From the NCBI GenBank assembly GCA_030295235.1, contig AP026148.1:434001-498000 (forward strand): a stretch of DNA of 64,000 bases. Direction: 5' to 3'. Below the pieces are notes generated by a model. It was not told where the DNA came from. It ran no database searches and saw nothing but the letters and a program-made list of their open reading frames with translations. The DNA is from Fistulifera solaris (taxonomy: Eukaryota). Both the position numbers and the translations under genes were made by a program. This document shows positions 12,977-24,165 of this stretch, piece by piece. How positions within the stretch are numbered: the stretch's first letter is position 1; each line of letters begins with the position of its first letter.

Positions 12977-13009
12977 TAAAAAGAATGCATAGACCCAAGG
13001 GAGCATCGA

Positions 13010-13240
13010 CTAAGATGCGTTATTATCATTACTACTAGTACCACTGGAAGTATTCTTTTCCGCTTGTTCTTGTATTCGCTGGGAATGAAATTCACGCAAG
13101 GGTTCACTGAAAATATAATGACCAGAAACAACCCCCACACCGGCCGCGACAAACAAATGCAACAAACTGCCCGGTCCAGTACGTGTCCGACGAAATCCCG
13201 GTCGCATACCAATGGCGCGTAAGAAGCCTTGCCAGTACAT
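13010..13240 (-). CDS. Small single-TM protein (76 aa), PIGBOS1-like
   Basis: MYWQGFLRAIGMRPGFRRTRTGPGSLLHLFVAAGVGVVSGHYIFSEPLREFHSQRIQEQAEK: basic N-terminus, one TM ending G.YIF..P, charged tail. Confidence 0.6.
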   Translation of the reverse strand: MYWQGFLRAIGMRPGFRRTRTGPGSLLHLFVAAGVGVVSGHYIFSEPLREFHSQRIQEQAEKNTSSGTSSNDNNAS

Positions 13241-13553
13241 CTTGATGCAGAAGATAGTGTAGATTGATGAGGTGTTAAAGAGAACAGAATGATAGGAATG
13301 GGAATCAATGAAAGTGCGCAACGTTTATCATGTTTTGCCTAGTCGAACGAACGTTGTAACTCCATCACATATTTTTTTGCTATCGCGGTCACGGCGCACC
13401 GCTCTCGTCAGCCCGTCGATCCATTATTCTTCTATGCGCTATACACGCTTCTGCTATTATCGATCGAGTTAAGGTTACATTCTAAGGATGCTATGCATCG
13501 AAGAGGCATCAAAAAGAGCTAATTAACCTGTCAAGTAAATTAAAACTCACAAT

Positions 13554-15242
13554 TCAGGAAACAGGTTTCTTCCACTTCTTTGCAGGCGATGCGGGTACCC
13601 CTCCTAGCCAATCCGTGTTCAAATGTTCTCCTCCAGCTATCTGCTTTTCTTCACGAGTTGTAGGTTTCGACCACCGTCGTTCCTTTTCGACTCCTAACAA
13701 AGCATCACTGTCTCCGCCAATCCATCCGCTGTGTCGCATGCCGGGTACACCGGCCTCCGGTTTGTCCGGAACTCCATAGGGAGACTCGTCGATGGCGCTA
13801 GTTAGTGTCGTCGTCGCGACTGGCTTTGAATTGGAGACTTGTACTGATTTTGATTCCGAAGCCTCTGTGCTGTCGACGGTCTTTTGAGTGGATGGGCAAT
13901 GTGTTGATTGTTGCTGCGGTGAAGACACATCAATCGGTGCACTGTTCACTGTCGCCCCGGATTGTTTCCATGTTCGGACTGGCGACAACATGGCCGTTCC
14001 ACCAATCCAATCACTGTTGGACTTTCCTGTCGCAGCCGGTTTTGTCCATTTCTTGGCGGGCGAAGCCGGCTCTCCTCCCAGCCAGTCCGTGTTCAAGTGT
14101 TCTCCTCCAGCCTCATGCTTTTCTTGACGTGTGGTAGGTTTCGACCATCGTCGCTCCTTTTTGACTTCTAGCAACGCATCGCTATCTCCACCAATCCAAC
14201 CCCCGTGTCTCATGCCGGGTACACCGGCTTCTGGTTTATCCGGAACTCCATATTCGTAATCTTGTTTATCGGGTGCTGTTGCCTCACTGGTTTCGGGAGT
14301 TTCATCGGGGACATCACTCGACAATTCTGTCTCGCTCCATAGTTCTACCTTCACTTCCGTTTTAGGTTGTGGAGCAGATGCATCGTCAGCTTCATGGGGT
14401 TCTGTATGACCAGATACTGGTAATTCTGACACCTGAACGGATGCGACTGAATTAATCACCGCGTCTATCGCTGTTGATTCAGTAGGAGAATGCTCATCCA
14501 ACGTCGTCGTGGTTGCTTTCGCTCCCGATTGTTTCCATGTTCGGACCGGCGACAACATGGCCGTTCCGCCAATCCAATCACTGTTCAACTTCTCGGTTGC
14601 GGCCGGTTTCGTCCACTTTTTCACGGGCGATGTTGGAACTCCTAGCCATTCCGTACACAAGCGTTCTCCTCCAGCCTCGTGCTTTTCTTGACGTGTGGTA
14701 GGTTTCGACCATCGTCGCTCCTTTTTGACTCCTAGCAACGCATCGCTATCTCCACCGATCCATCCGCTGTGTCTCATCCCTGGTACGCCCCCTTCGGGTT
14801 TGTCGGGAACTCCGTATTCATAATCTTGTTTATCCGTCGTCTCACTGGGTTCGGGGGTTTCATCCGGGACGAGCGGAGGTGCCGGATCGTCTTTCGCGAC
14901 AGGTACATTGATTTCTGGCTGCTTCGAAGTAGTTGTTTCGACGCTTGATTCCGTCTCTTGGGCTTCTGTCTTGACGGGCGAAGCCACCACAATACGGTCG
15001 CTTTTGAGTTCATCCGGCTTTTTCCATTTCTTCGTGGATGCAGCGGAACTTCCCAACCATTCCGTATTCAACAGTTCTCTTTCGTGATGATCTGGCGCTA
15101 CGGGCTTGGTCCATTTCTTTTCCTTTGAGACTCCCAACATGGCGTCACTGTCTCCACCAATCCAGCCTCCATGACTCATGCTGGGGCTCTTCTCGGGCTT
15201 ATCCGGGACGCCATAAGGACTGTCTTCTGTTTCGTTTGTCAT
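13554..15242 (-). CDS. Hypothetical low-complexity protein with four Trp-rich repeats
   Basis: Intact 562-aa ORF with 4 copies of YGVPDKPE..(G)M.H.GWIGGDSDA.L.V.KE..W.KP...L.T.WLG...S..KKW.KP. Confidence 0.85.
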   Translation of the reverse strand: MTNETEDSPYGVPDKPEKSPSMSHGGWIGGDSDAMLGVSKEKKWTKPVAPDHHERELLNTEWLGSSAASTKKWKKPDELKSDRIVVASPVKTEAQETESSVETTTSKQPEINVPVAKDDPAPPLVPDETPEPSETTDKQDYEYGVPDKPEGGVPGMRHSGWIGGDSDALLGVKKERRWSKPTTRQEKHEAGGERLCTEWLGVPTSPVKKWTKPAATEKLNSDWIGGTAMLSPVRTWKQSGAKATTTTLDEHSPTESTAIDAVINSVASVQVSELPVSGHTEPHEADDASAPQPKTEVKVELWSETELSSDVPDETPETSEATAPDKQDYEYGVPDKPEAGVPGMRHGGWIGGDSDALLEVKKERRWSKPTTRQEKHEAGGEHLNTDWLGGEPASPAKKWTKPAATGKSNSDWIGGTAMLSPVRTWKQSGATVNSAPIDVSSPQQQSTHCPSTQKTVDSTEASESKSVQVSNSKPVATTTLTSAIDESPYGVPDKPEAGVPGMRHSGWIGGDSDALLGVEKERRWSKPTTREEKQIAGGEHLNTDWLGGVPASPAKKWKKPVS

Positions 15243-16020
15243 AGCAACTGATTATATTGGAAGTGCTATGGGCATTGACACTCTTGGTGATCCTCTTAGC
15301 TTCTCGTTTGCAAAGCAAATCAACAAGTGTTTCGTCTCGAAAGGCGTCCTCTGTGGAGACATACTTGTAGAAGAGGCATTTGTGACTTGTGACTTTTCGT
15401 AAAGGCGATCTTATTATTATTTCTTCTTGTCCCATCCGGTCAGACTTCTCACTTCTTTAGTCAGTGTACTACGAAACGCTATTTTCTTAGCCTTGGTCCA
15501 CTGCGTGTTTATTGTCTCTCTTCGAAAAGTACCGTCCGTACATCGACAGGTTCCAAGAACTCTAGTTGGTCTGTCTGTTGTACGCATCGACAATGGATCA
15601 AGGCCAAGGCAGCGTTTTTCCTTCGAATTCGAAGAGGTTCATTGTGAGTGTGTGCTAGAGGGCAACCAGCATCTACTCCATTGCAAACAATATTCGAAAG
15701 ATTACAAGAATATAGCCTATCGCATGAGAATGCAAAAGAGTCATAGAGCTTCCGTGACCAACACTCTACAATGAATGCGCCTACTTTGAATTTTGTGGAG
15801 GCAACTGAGGTGCGTATCGCAGCCAGCGTAGATGCAAGACGTTCTTTTTCCAATGAAGGATGCGTTGTTCTACATGAGATTGCTTACTCGTCTCGGTTTC
15901 GAGATGTTGTGGTGAGAAACTCTATTTTATGCAGCGGAGGAAAATACATGACAGCCTTGTGTAGTTTCAATGACGATTACTACGCAATCAGATGTTAGAC
16001 TCTTTGGACTGAATCATTCC

Positions 16021-16491
16021 ATGTCGACACTTTATGTACGCTAGATAGTATCTGAGAAACCTCCAGGAGATTGCTGTCGGCGCAATTTATTTATCGTCGT
16101 CATTTCGTTTGCACGACTTGCTGAATTAGTCCCCGTACTGGTAGTCCTGACCTTGCTTCTATCTTTTCTTCTTTTCCAACAAAAGACTGAAATAACTGTT
16201 GAATTCAAGCCCCTGGTCGAACCAGGTGTGGCTTACAAACTTCAATGGAAGAACTATGCACAAGATTGGTTATCTGCCGCGGGGAATGAGAAAAAGGTCA
16301 CACCTGGCGGCAATTTAACGACCAAGGCCATTGCCACCAATTTAGAGCCCGGTCAAACATATTGTGTGCGATTGCTGGTAATAGACAGTGCTACCGGCGT
16401 CGAAAAGGGTCCTCCGGGAAAAGAGTTAGTCTTGGATACCGAACAAGTCGGGTGTACGCCCAAAACTAAGAAGGGATGCGTGATTCTGTGA
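16021..16491 (+). CDS. Small fibronectin type III-like protein with C-terminal CaaX (CVIL)
   Basis: EITVEF, YKLQWK and NLEPGQTYCVRL are FN3 hallmarks; ends KTKKGCVIL. The start is inferred: short exon MSTLY at 16021 with putative GT-AG intron 16036-16185. Confidence 0.65.
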
Positions 16492-16639
16492 TGAGTATTC
16501 TTGGAAGTTCATGCTGATATCTTCATGTCATTAAGATCAATCTTGACTGGTTTCGCTTCGAAGGGTGTAGGTTAACCTCGAGACTAGAATTAGGCTAAAA
16601 AACCATTTCCGGCATCAATCTAAGCATTAACAAGTACTC

Positions 16640-17517
16640 CTACATAAAATAGAACCGGGCCATGATACGCGCCCAATTCCAACCGAATCCCAGGGGGTAT
16701 CCCACAAGTATAGCGCAATAGCAAACTACAACGGCCACAATCGGAAACAAAAACACCTCCGTGTGCGACAAGAATGGCAAGGCTCTGTATCCTAAATGTG
16801 TAATATACCAATACCAGCTCAAGGCACCTGCGTAGATCGAATTTGCGATGACCAAGGAGAGTAATCCTTCTTGCAAAATGACGGGGAGAAGGAAAAATTG
16901 AACAACATCTGTGATACAAGGTGTCAGAATCCACACGACAAAAATGAGATCATGTTTGCAACCATTTGTATGAACTTACACAAGAGTACGAATACAGGGA
17001 AGAAGGAATTGCAGTGAATATCAAATGCGTAGAGCCATTCGACCTGCTGTCGCACGTGACTGGTCGATTGTTGCACCACTAGCTGACGGTTTGCGATCTC
17101 TCGACAAATGGTAGCAATCAAAAGTCCCAAACCCAACCAGTTCCATAATACGGTGTATAACAAAAAGGAAATAGCTCCTTGTAGAGAGATTCGAAACGCT
17201 ACAGAATAAGCAATCCCCGCCACCACGAGAAAGACGGCCTGCATGGCCACAAAGGCCGGGTCATCCCGAGCCCAATGATTTTTAGTTTGTTTCCGATAAT
17301 AGCTCGTCTTATAGACAAGTTGCGGACGGGTCGATATTAAAGTCTTCATTTGATCCAAAGCCGACTGAATATCCATTTGCCGCACATCCGTCAATCGCTG
17401 AAAGTATTGCAAAGGTCGGTTCGCGGCCGGTACACGTGGTGCCGGATTCGCCAAGGGATCCGCGCCCGACGGGACGGCGAGTCTCGATTTTCGAGAGTGA
17501 GCGGCTTCAGTGGACAT
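16640..17517 (-). CDS. UNC50: UNC-50/GMH1 family Golgi membrane protein
   Basis: QMD, YRKQTKNHWARDDPAF, VEWLYAFDIHCNSFFP, YITHLGYRALPFL; one GT-AG intron at about 16909-16980. Confidence 0.95.
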
Positions 17518-17937
17518 TCTGACTGCTTGTCTTTAGTAACAATTGAATTAAATGAAAGGATTAACTTGTGCGTTTGTTTTTTGTTGTTTTGTTTTGGTGC
17601 GCTTGACGACAACGATGCGATGCGAAGAGAGCGCTGTACTTTGTAGACGGCGGATCGTGCAATGCGCATTGTTGTCATTCGTGGCGGCGCCAGGTACAAT
17701 TTCACCTACACTTTATATTAGTACCGATCCGATTATATTTTCAATAACTGTGGCCTTAAACACTAACCTCAATTCATTGATTTCATCGCTTAGCTACGTA
17801 CTCGATTGTTCTATCCTTTGTCGCTTCTTTGCCTGCTAGTGAAGGAAACGAGAATACCTTGTACTTGTACGACCAAAAGAAATGTAGCTTTTATCAAAGT
17901 CGAACCTTGAACGGGATAAGTAAATACAGCTGGTGTC

Positions 17938-18729
17938 TTATTCTTCCATTGCGTCACGATCCTGTTGCAGTTTTTTCTTGGCCGTATAAATCAGTGACTT
18001 GACCATTGCTCTGATTTGTGCGTCTGTCATTACTTGCGAGTTTCGAATGGCATTTTGTATGACAATGGTGTATTCCGAAAGCGTGCTATTGAGCCACACG
18101 AATCCGTTGACCCCAATGGCAACTTCAAATTCGATCTTGGCAGCCGCAAGTTCTTGTAAAACGACGTTATCCGGTTGCAGCAGCTGACGAGCCAAGCCTG
18201 TAGATATCCGAATCAAATTTCCACCTTTGAGTTCTCCGTAACATCCCTCCGATGTCATCCAGTCTTTTCGTGGCATTCCAGCGTCATGGGGTCCTAACAA
18301 ACAAGATAACGATGGTTCGAGCAAGCCTTCATTTAATGACGAGACCCGTGCGTAAACGACTTGACCAACCTGTAAGTGTGGCTTGTTGCGTTTAGTGGCA
18401 CCTTCAAACGACAAGTTTGACAGAATCGCTAAATGAGACGCGCCGATATTGACACGATAATAGTCTCCTCCGTTGCCATCTTGTCCCATACGATCTTCCA
18501 CAATCCCAACGACTCTATCTTCTGCATGAGGTCGGTAGCGGGAAAGGTTGACTTGAACGAAATAGGTGTTTTTGCTTTGTTGCGACAACCAGCCCGCCAG
18601 TGTCGCGTACACTTGTTGCGAAGCGGCGTCGTAACGCAGACCCGTTCCTAGTTTCGACGACAACGGAATGCGTTCCGTCACATTGTCACCCGGTAAAACG
18701 GCGACTGTGGTTTGTGTCGATTTCGCCAT
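17938..18729 (-). CDS. RRP40: Exosome complex subunit RRP40/EXOSC3
   Basis: VLPGD, RY.P...D.VVGIV, LSFEGATKRNKPHLQVGQVVYARV, FEVAIGVNGFVW. Confidence 0.95.
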   Translation of the reverse strand: MAKSTQTTVAVLPGDNVTERIPLSSKLGTGLRYDAASQQVYATLAGWLSQQSKNTYFVQVNLSRYRPHAEDRVVGIVEDRMGQDGNGGDYYRVNIGASHLAILSNLSFEGATKRNKPHLQVGQVVYARVSSLNEGLLEPSLSCLLGPHDAGMPRKDWMTSEGCYGELKGGNLIRISTGLARQLLQPDNVVLQELAAAKIEFEVAIGVNGFVWLNSTLSEYTIVIQNAIRNSQVMTDAQIRAMVKSLIYTAKKKLQQDRDAMEE

Positions 18730-19156
18730 GTTGACTGGTTGTCACTGGAAAAGAAAAGATTGAAGGGAGTATAGCACGACGGCATCAACGACAAATATTT
18801 TTTTCTTCATTGTTTTTATGCAAACGCGGAACGGCCAGACGGCGATCACGATCGTAGATCAGAGACCCGGATCTATTGTCGTACAGGGTACAGGGCAGGA
18901 GAGAGTGAATGGCGCTCACCAAGTTTCTCGCGAAAACCGAAAACGGAGAATGCACAAGACCATGGTGCGATGCGCAGCGAGAAGCTCGGATTTCGTTTTG
19001 CGGTAGAGTCATCGATGAATAAAAAACCGCACTTGTTTTCTTTCAATAAACATAAACGAAGTGGTAGTTGATCACTATCATCAATATACTGTTGGGTCAA
19101 CTCTCATCGGATTGGGAGTTCGCTTACGCCTATTGAGAATGGACGATCGAATAGCC

Positions 19157-20126
19157 ATGCGCCGCCTTGAATCGTCGGGGGAAAATATGGATGGTCTCTT
19201 GGCTCTTTTGATTATGATGGTTTTTATTTTCTGTGCTGCATGGTATGTATATGAATGCTCATCGCTTTCTGAATTTATACCGTCGCTTTCACACAGAAAG
19301 CTGTTCTCACAATCGTATCAATCAGGGCTCCGACGTGTATTCGAAGATGTTATCGTCGATCTGACGCTGCCAGTCAAGGTCGAGGATCCTCTGCTATGGA
19401 TCCTAGGATGGAAGCAGAAATTGAAATGTTCCGTCGCATAATGGAAGAAGCAGTCTTTGCAATGGCACCACGAGAGGGTATGACTGTTGATGCTCGGCGT
19501 GAGTACATTTTGAATTGCTTGATGACCAAGGTACGTATGAAAAATTTGAGTGGACACACACAGACTGAATCTCACGTCAAAACGAGCAGCACATTATTGC
19601 TTGCGATAAGCAAAATACTGATACAACAACTGCGGCGATGAACGAAAGAGACGACGTTGTACTGAATTTGGGTAAGGATCGTGAAGATGAGGAGGATGAC
19701 CCGAAAACGACTTGCGCTATATGCTTAAGCGAATACGAAGATGGCGACGAAATTTCTTGGTCCCACAATCCGAGTTGCCCCCACTTTTTTCATCGCACCT
19801 GCATAGCAGAATGGCTTCTATCACACGAAGAGTGCCCGTGTTGCCGTTTTGATTTCCTGCGCTTTGACGATGATGACGAACAAGTAGATATAGAAACAGG
19901 ATCCCGAAATTTGCGTGTTCCTCCTATCAGCAACAATGATCCTAATGGCTCAAACGCCCACTTTGCGCGGAGTTTACAGCTTTTCTTTGAAATGATGGCA
20001 AATCGCCGGCAGGCCGCCGATGTGTCGAGCACAAGTGAAGTCCGTAATCAAGCTACTGCAACGTCACCACCGCAGGAAACTCCACGTGAGAACGATTTTA
20101 CGACGGAAGATGCCATTAATAGCTAA
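19157..20126 (+). CDS. Membrane-anchored RING-H2 E3 ligase (ATL-like)
   Basis: N-terminal TM LLALLIMMVFIFCAAW; CAICLSEY..GD......C.HFFH..CIAEWL....CPCCR. Two inferred GT-AG introns (about 19243-19325 and 19531-19589) restore one frame. Confidence 0.8.
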
Positions 20127-20410
20127 GAGCAAGCATCGCTCTCGAGGGAACAAGGTGTACTGAGTAGCGACTGAGAAACGCCGTCATAGACCGTACCCCT
20201 TTGTGCATAGAGCATGGATCTTCCAGCATCGGAGCTTTGTCGAAAAAGCAAAATTGTGGCTTCTTCTTTTGTGTCGTGTAGTTGCGATTCACGTTTGAAG
20301 GGCACAACAAGTTAAGAAAGAGAGGCAGCATTCAACTAAAAAGTCCTCTGTTAAAAGCACTTAAAGTATCAGATAACTAGCTACCCATCATGCTATATGT
20401 TAAGACTTAG

Positions 20411-20674
20411 CAAAAGTCGTAGCATGCCACGTGAGAGAACCACCAAAAAAGTGGTATCAGTACCAGGAAAGCATTCATTCATACGAACTAGTATTGACTG
20501 GTGAATGAAGTCTGCTTGCTAGGTCTACATGATTCTTTTCTTTGGAACCATAACAAAAGTTGATGGTTGCCGCGTGAGAGAACCATGAAGGAGGTGATGA
20601 GCATTCATTTTTACAAACTACTAGTGACTAGTGAACGAAGCCTGCTAGCTAGGTCTAAATTCTTTCTTTGGAAC
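20411..20674. repeat. Degenerate tandem duplication (two units of about 120-140 bp)
   Basis: Both units carry CAAAAGT...GCCRCGTGAGAGAACCA...AGCATTCATT...TGACTRGTGAAYGAAGYCTGCTWGCTAGGTCTA...TTCTTTGGAAC; they start at about 20411 and 20554. Confidence 0.8.
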
Positions 20675-20789
20675 TTGTTAGGGTTCCCATTTCCCAGATC
20701 GCACTCCGTACTCCGTAGTGTTGTTTCATCGAGTCATAACTCTCAACTCATAAAACACACAACTCTCTTTATTCTTGCTTCAAAATCGA

Positions 20790-21235
20790 TCGATAACCTT
20801 AACCTCAAACCTCAAGCCTCAAGCATTCGGATTTGGCTTTCGGCTTTCAGCTTTGAGGCTCAGTTTTCAGTACATTAGTCAAAGCTGTTAGGCGGCGAGA
20901 TAAGTTAGTACAAGGTTAGAGAATAAAGAACGGAGAAGCAAGGCGGTTGATGGTTGATGGGTGGAAGTCGGCGGTCGGCGGCTGATGGCTGATGGCGGAT
21001 GGCAAACGACAACACGAGGAATAAGGAATAAGCATCATGAATTTATGTGTGTCGGATGTCGGATGTCGGATATCGGATATGATTACGAATAGAGAATAGA
21101 CAATATGCTGACCAACACGCAATAAGGACTCTAGGGCAAACACATCGTGATGTTGTAATATTGTACATTGTAGCGTTATATCTTAAGGCACGTAGGATTT
21201 AGCTCTAATCAAAAGTCCCGTGTCCCGTGTCCCGA
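20790..21235. repeat. Cluster of short heptamer/hexamer tandem arrays
   Basis: AACCTC/AAGCCTC, CGGCTTT/CAGCTTT, GGTTGAT/GGCTGAT, (GTCGGAT)3 plus ATCGGAT, and (GTCCCGT)2 plus GTCCCGA. Confidence 0.7.
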
Positions 21236-21583
21236 GGACAATTCTACGTGTTCCGTCTTCTAAAAACCATTCACGGGAACTGGGTCTGAAGTTTATGGCA
21301 CATAAAGCCATTCTCTTCCGTGTGCAGTCGCAGTTCGCAACCCATAAAGCGCAATGCGCAAAGGACAAAGCTGATGGAGACAGGCGTTTTCAGTGCTGTA
21401 ATAACAATCCAAACGAAAAAACTTGCAGGGTTTTCGATAATGTGGCATGAAATAATGACGTTAGGCACGCATTGTGAATTGTATAGCCCCAAAGAGAAAG
21501 AGACATTTTTTTCTTTTCAAGACGAGGCGAGACAAACGACTGGCTTATTTTCTTTTTAGCATCATCATCGAATTCCTGAAACA

Positions 21584-22111
21584 ATGGCACCAAAGTTATC
21601 CAATATAAACCGCAGGTGGCGTAGCACCGCTCTTGAAAAGGGGCAGAACGCTGAAAACACAGAGAGGAAAGGGTCATCCATCACTCAAGAGGAGACTGCT
21701 TCGGATTCATCGACGTTCCAAGTTGAGAGCATTGATCTGGATGATTTTGCATTGGCCATGAAAGACAATCCCTTAAAAGCTTCAGAGTGTGCTGTCATCA
21801 ACAACGTCGAGCATAAGTCATTGCATGGGAGAAAAGCAGCCGTTAATGAATGTGATAAAACGATTCGAACTTTACCGGAACCGACAAGGACACAATTGAC
21901 TCCAGAAAACATGCTCATCATGTTTGGTGACGTCTCGATTAGCGACGATGACATTTCCGTCACTAGTTTTGCATCAGAGAATACTTTACCATTGTATTGT
22001 CGAGATACACGGAGAAGTCCTTCTGATTCTCCTGACTTTTACACCGCGATTGCGCTTCAAGAGCAGGAGCTCATTCGTCTTGCTTTACAAATAAGCCTGT
22101 ATGATGTATAA
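21584..22111 (+). CDS. Hypothetical protein with C-terminal UIM-like motif
   Basis: 175-aa ORF ending EQELIRLALQISLYDV, which resembles a ubiquitin-interacting motif. Confidence 0.5.
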   Translation: MAPKLSNINRRWRSTALEKGQNAENTERKGSSITQEETASDSSTFQVESIDLDDFALAMKDNPLKASECAVINNVEHKSLHGRKAAVNECDKTIRTLPEPTRTQLTPENMLIMFGDVSISDDDISVTSFASENTLPLYCRDTRRSPSDSPDFYTAIALQEQELIRLALQISLYDV

Positions 22112-22351
22112 CATAAGAATTAAAGTGCTAATCTTTTAGGTCTATGTCGAGTGACGAATTTCATCTGAGTGATTCAAGCTTAGTGTTTTGCAATGATAGT
22201 CATCATTGTAGATTAAGCAGTAAGTTCTTTCCTTGTTCGGCTGGTTGCAAAGTAGCCCCCGAACCAAAGAAATGAAGTGATTCCCAATCAACTCACTTTC
22301 ACCATATCACTCAAGCAATAACGACCAATCCAACTAACGAAGTCACCACGA

Positions 22352-24165
22352 TTACTCGTCTACTGGTAGCCAATTTCTCGTAATCATCTGCATCAGTTCA
22401 TTATCAGAGATCACTTCGACTCCTTGAATCGCAAAGAATTTGTTCACGCGCTCGATATCACGATTGAGTAGATCCATAGCGCCCGGGTGCTTATGATCCA
22501 CAGCCTGTCCGAAGTCGATGAAAACTACATGTAACTCGTCAAGGTCTTTCTTTGACGATTCGTCACACCGATTCCCGAATGTAGATGCAGAAGCGATCAG
22601 AATGTTGTATTCACTGAGATCTCCATGTACTAAGTGAGCGTTGGAGTACAATCTGGCATTAATAGTTGAGGAAATGAAAAAAGTATTCATATGCGACAGC
22701 ATGTAATCTCACCTCTGAAGTGCTAATACGACTTGTTCATACAACGTTGACCAACGCGAGCTACCACGCCTTAAGTCGAGCTCACGCAATTGAGGTGCGG
22801 GCCAACCATCTTCACCGATAAATTGCATGAACAGAATGTTTTCTTTCACCAGAAGCGGAGCAGGTACAGGGACACCGGCTCGCTCAGCACGGACTATATT
22901 TCGATACTCCTTTTCGGCCCACAAAGCCAGCTGCTCGTGGGGGATGCCTTTCGGAACGATTCTCTTCTATAGCGCGGATCTCCATCTACATAATCGCCTC
23001 GAGCGCGAAACTCCTGGATTTTCTTGAATATTTTTACAGCCACATCACTAGTACTCGTCTTAATTCCATCCGCATGATGAATAACCGCCTCTTTCCCTTC
23101 TTTAACAATACCATTCAAATGCTCGATGACGCCGTTGTTGATAGCATGAGTAATACATAATCTCACAGAAGAATCCATTCCGCGCTTGGTGTTGTCTGCA
23201 TCCGAATTGGCTCGCCCAGTTCCATGAGCAGCCACGCCTTTGTTTGTACTACTTCTCTTCAGTGAGCTCATGAACGAGTTATACGCACGATTGCCAACAA
23301 TAACATCCTCATCATAGCGATGATCCAAACCTAATCGGTGAGCATTGGAAATACCATTCAACTCGACATCATGCTTTGTCCTTATTTCATTGTCAGGCCC
23401 TATCACAGAGCTCTGATTTTGCCTAGCCCACTCGAGTCTTCCAGCTGTATTCATTCGAAAGCCGGGATCTTGTTCCTGGGTCTCGTCCTCGACCAATCGT
23501 GGAGTGTTCTTTCGTAAAGGCCATGCATCCATTTCTGCCTGCACCTCTGCACGAGTTTTAATTCGAACATTCCCCGTTGAAGCTTCTTGTCGTTGACGAG
23601 CAAATATCGTCTCCTTTTCCTGTTCTTCTTGTGCTAAGCGTATCGCAAGCTCTATTGATCGTTTATGTTCCATCTCGTCAGCCTCAAGTAGTGCTTTTTG
23701 TATTGCCAATTGATCTTCCAGAGATAACTCTTGGTCCGAAAAGGCAGGTGAGAAATGGGTGTCACTTTCGTCTGTCGCTCCAGAAGGTATTAAATTCTCT
23801 CCGTTTTCATATCGATTCCTATTGGAATCTCCGACTAATTGCAGTAAAGCGCTATCACTTTGAACACTTGGGTCGAATTTCCCCTCCGTATTTACCGCAC
23901 TGGCCTCAATGAGTGAAAGTCGTACTGCTTGCTGAAAATACTCATCTTCATCTTCGTGATCGACAGCGGAAATCTCGCCATCATTCTTTGAACGTTCGAT
24001 GGCCAATAACAAAGCTTGGTCTTCCTCATCCATCTCCGAATGCATTGCTGTTTCCGCACGCTTGCCGTCTTCTTCTTCCTTGAGTATCGACGCAAAACTC
24101 GTCACAGGACCTCTTGAATGAGCCTCAACGCCCCATATTCTGCTTCCAGTGTTTCCCGCGTTCAT
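22352..24165 (-). CDS. RIO-family atypical kinase, RIOK3-like, with UIM-like N-terminal repeats
   Basis: GKEAVIHHA, VAVKIFK, F..R..YVDGDPRY, WAEKEYRN, LFMQFIG.DGWPAPQL, LVHGDLSEYNIL, IDFGQAV..HP..L.RDI. Intron 22653-22712; missing C in a C run near 22940. Confidence 0.85.
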
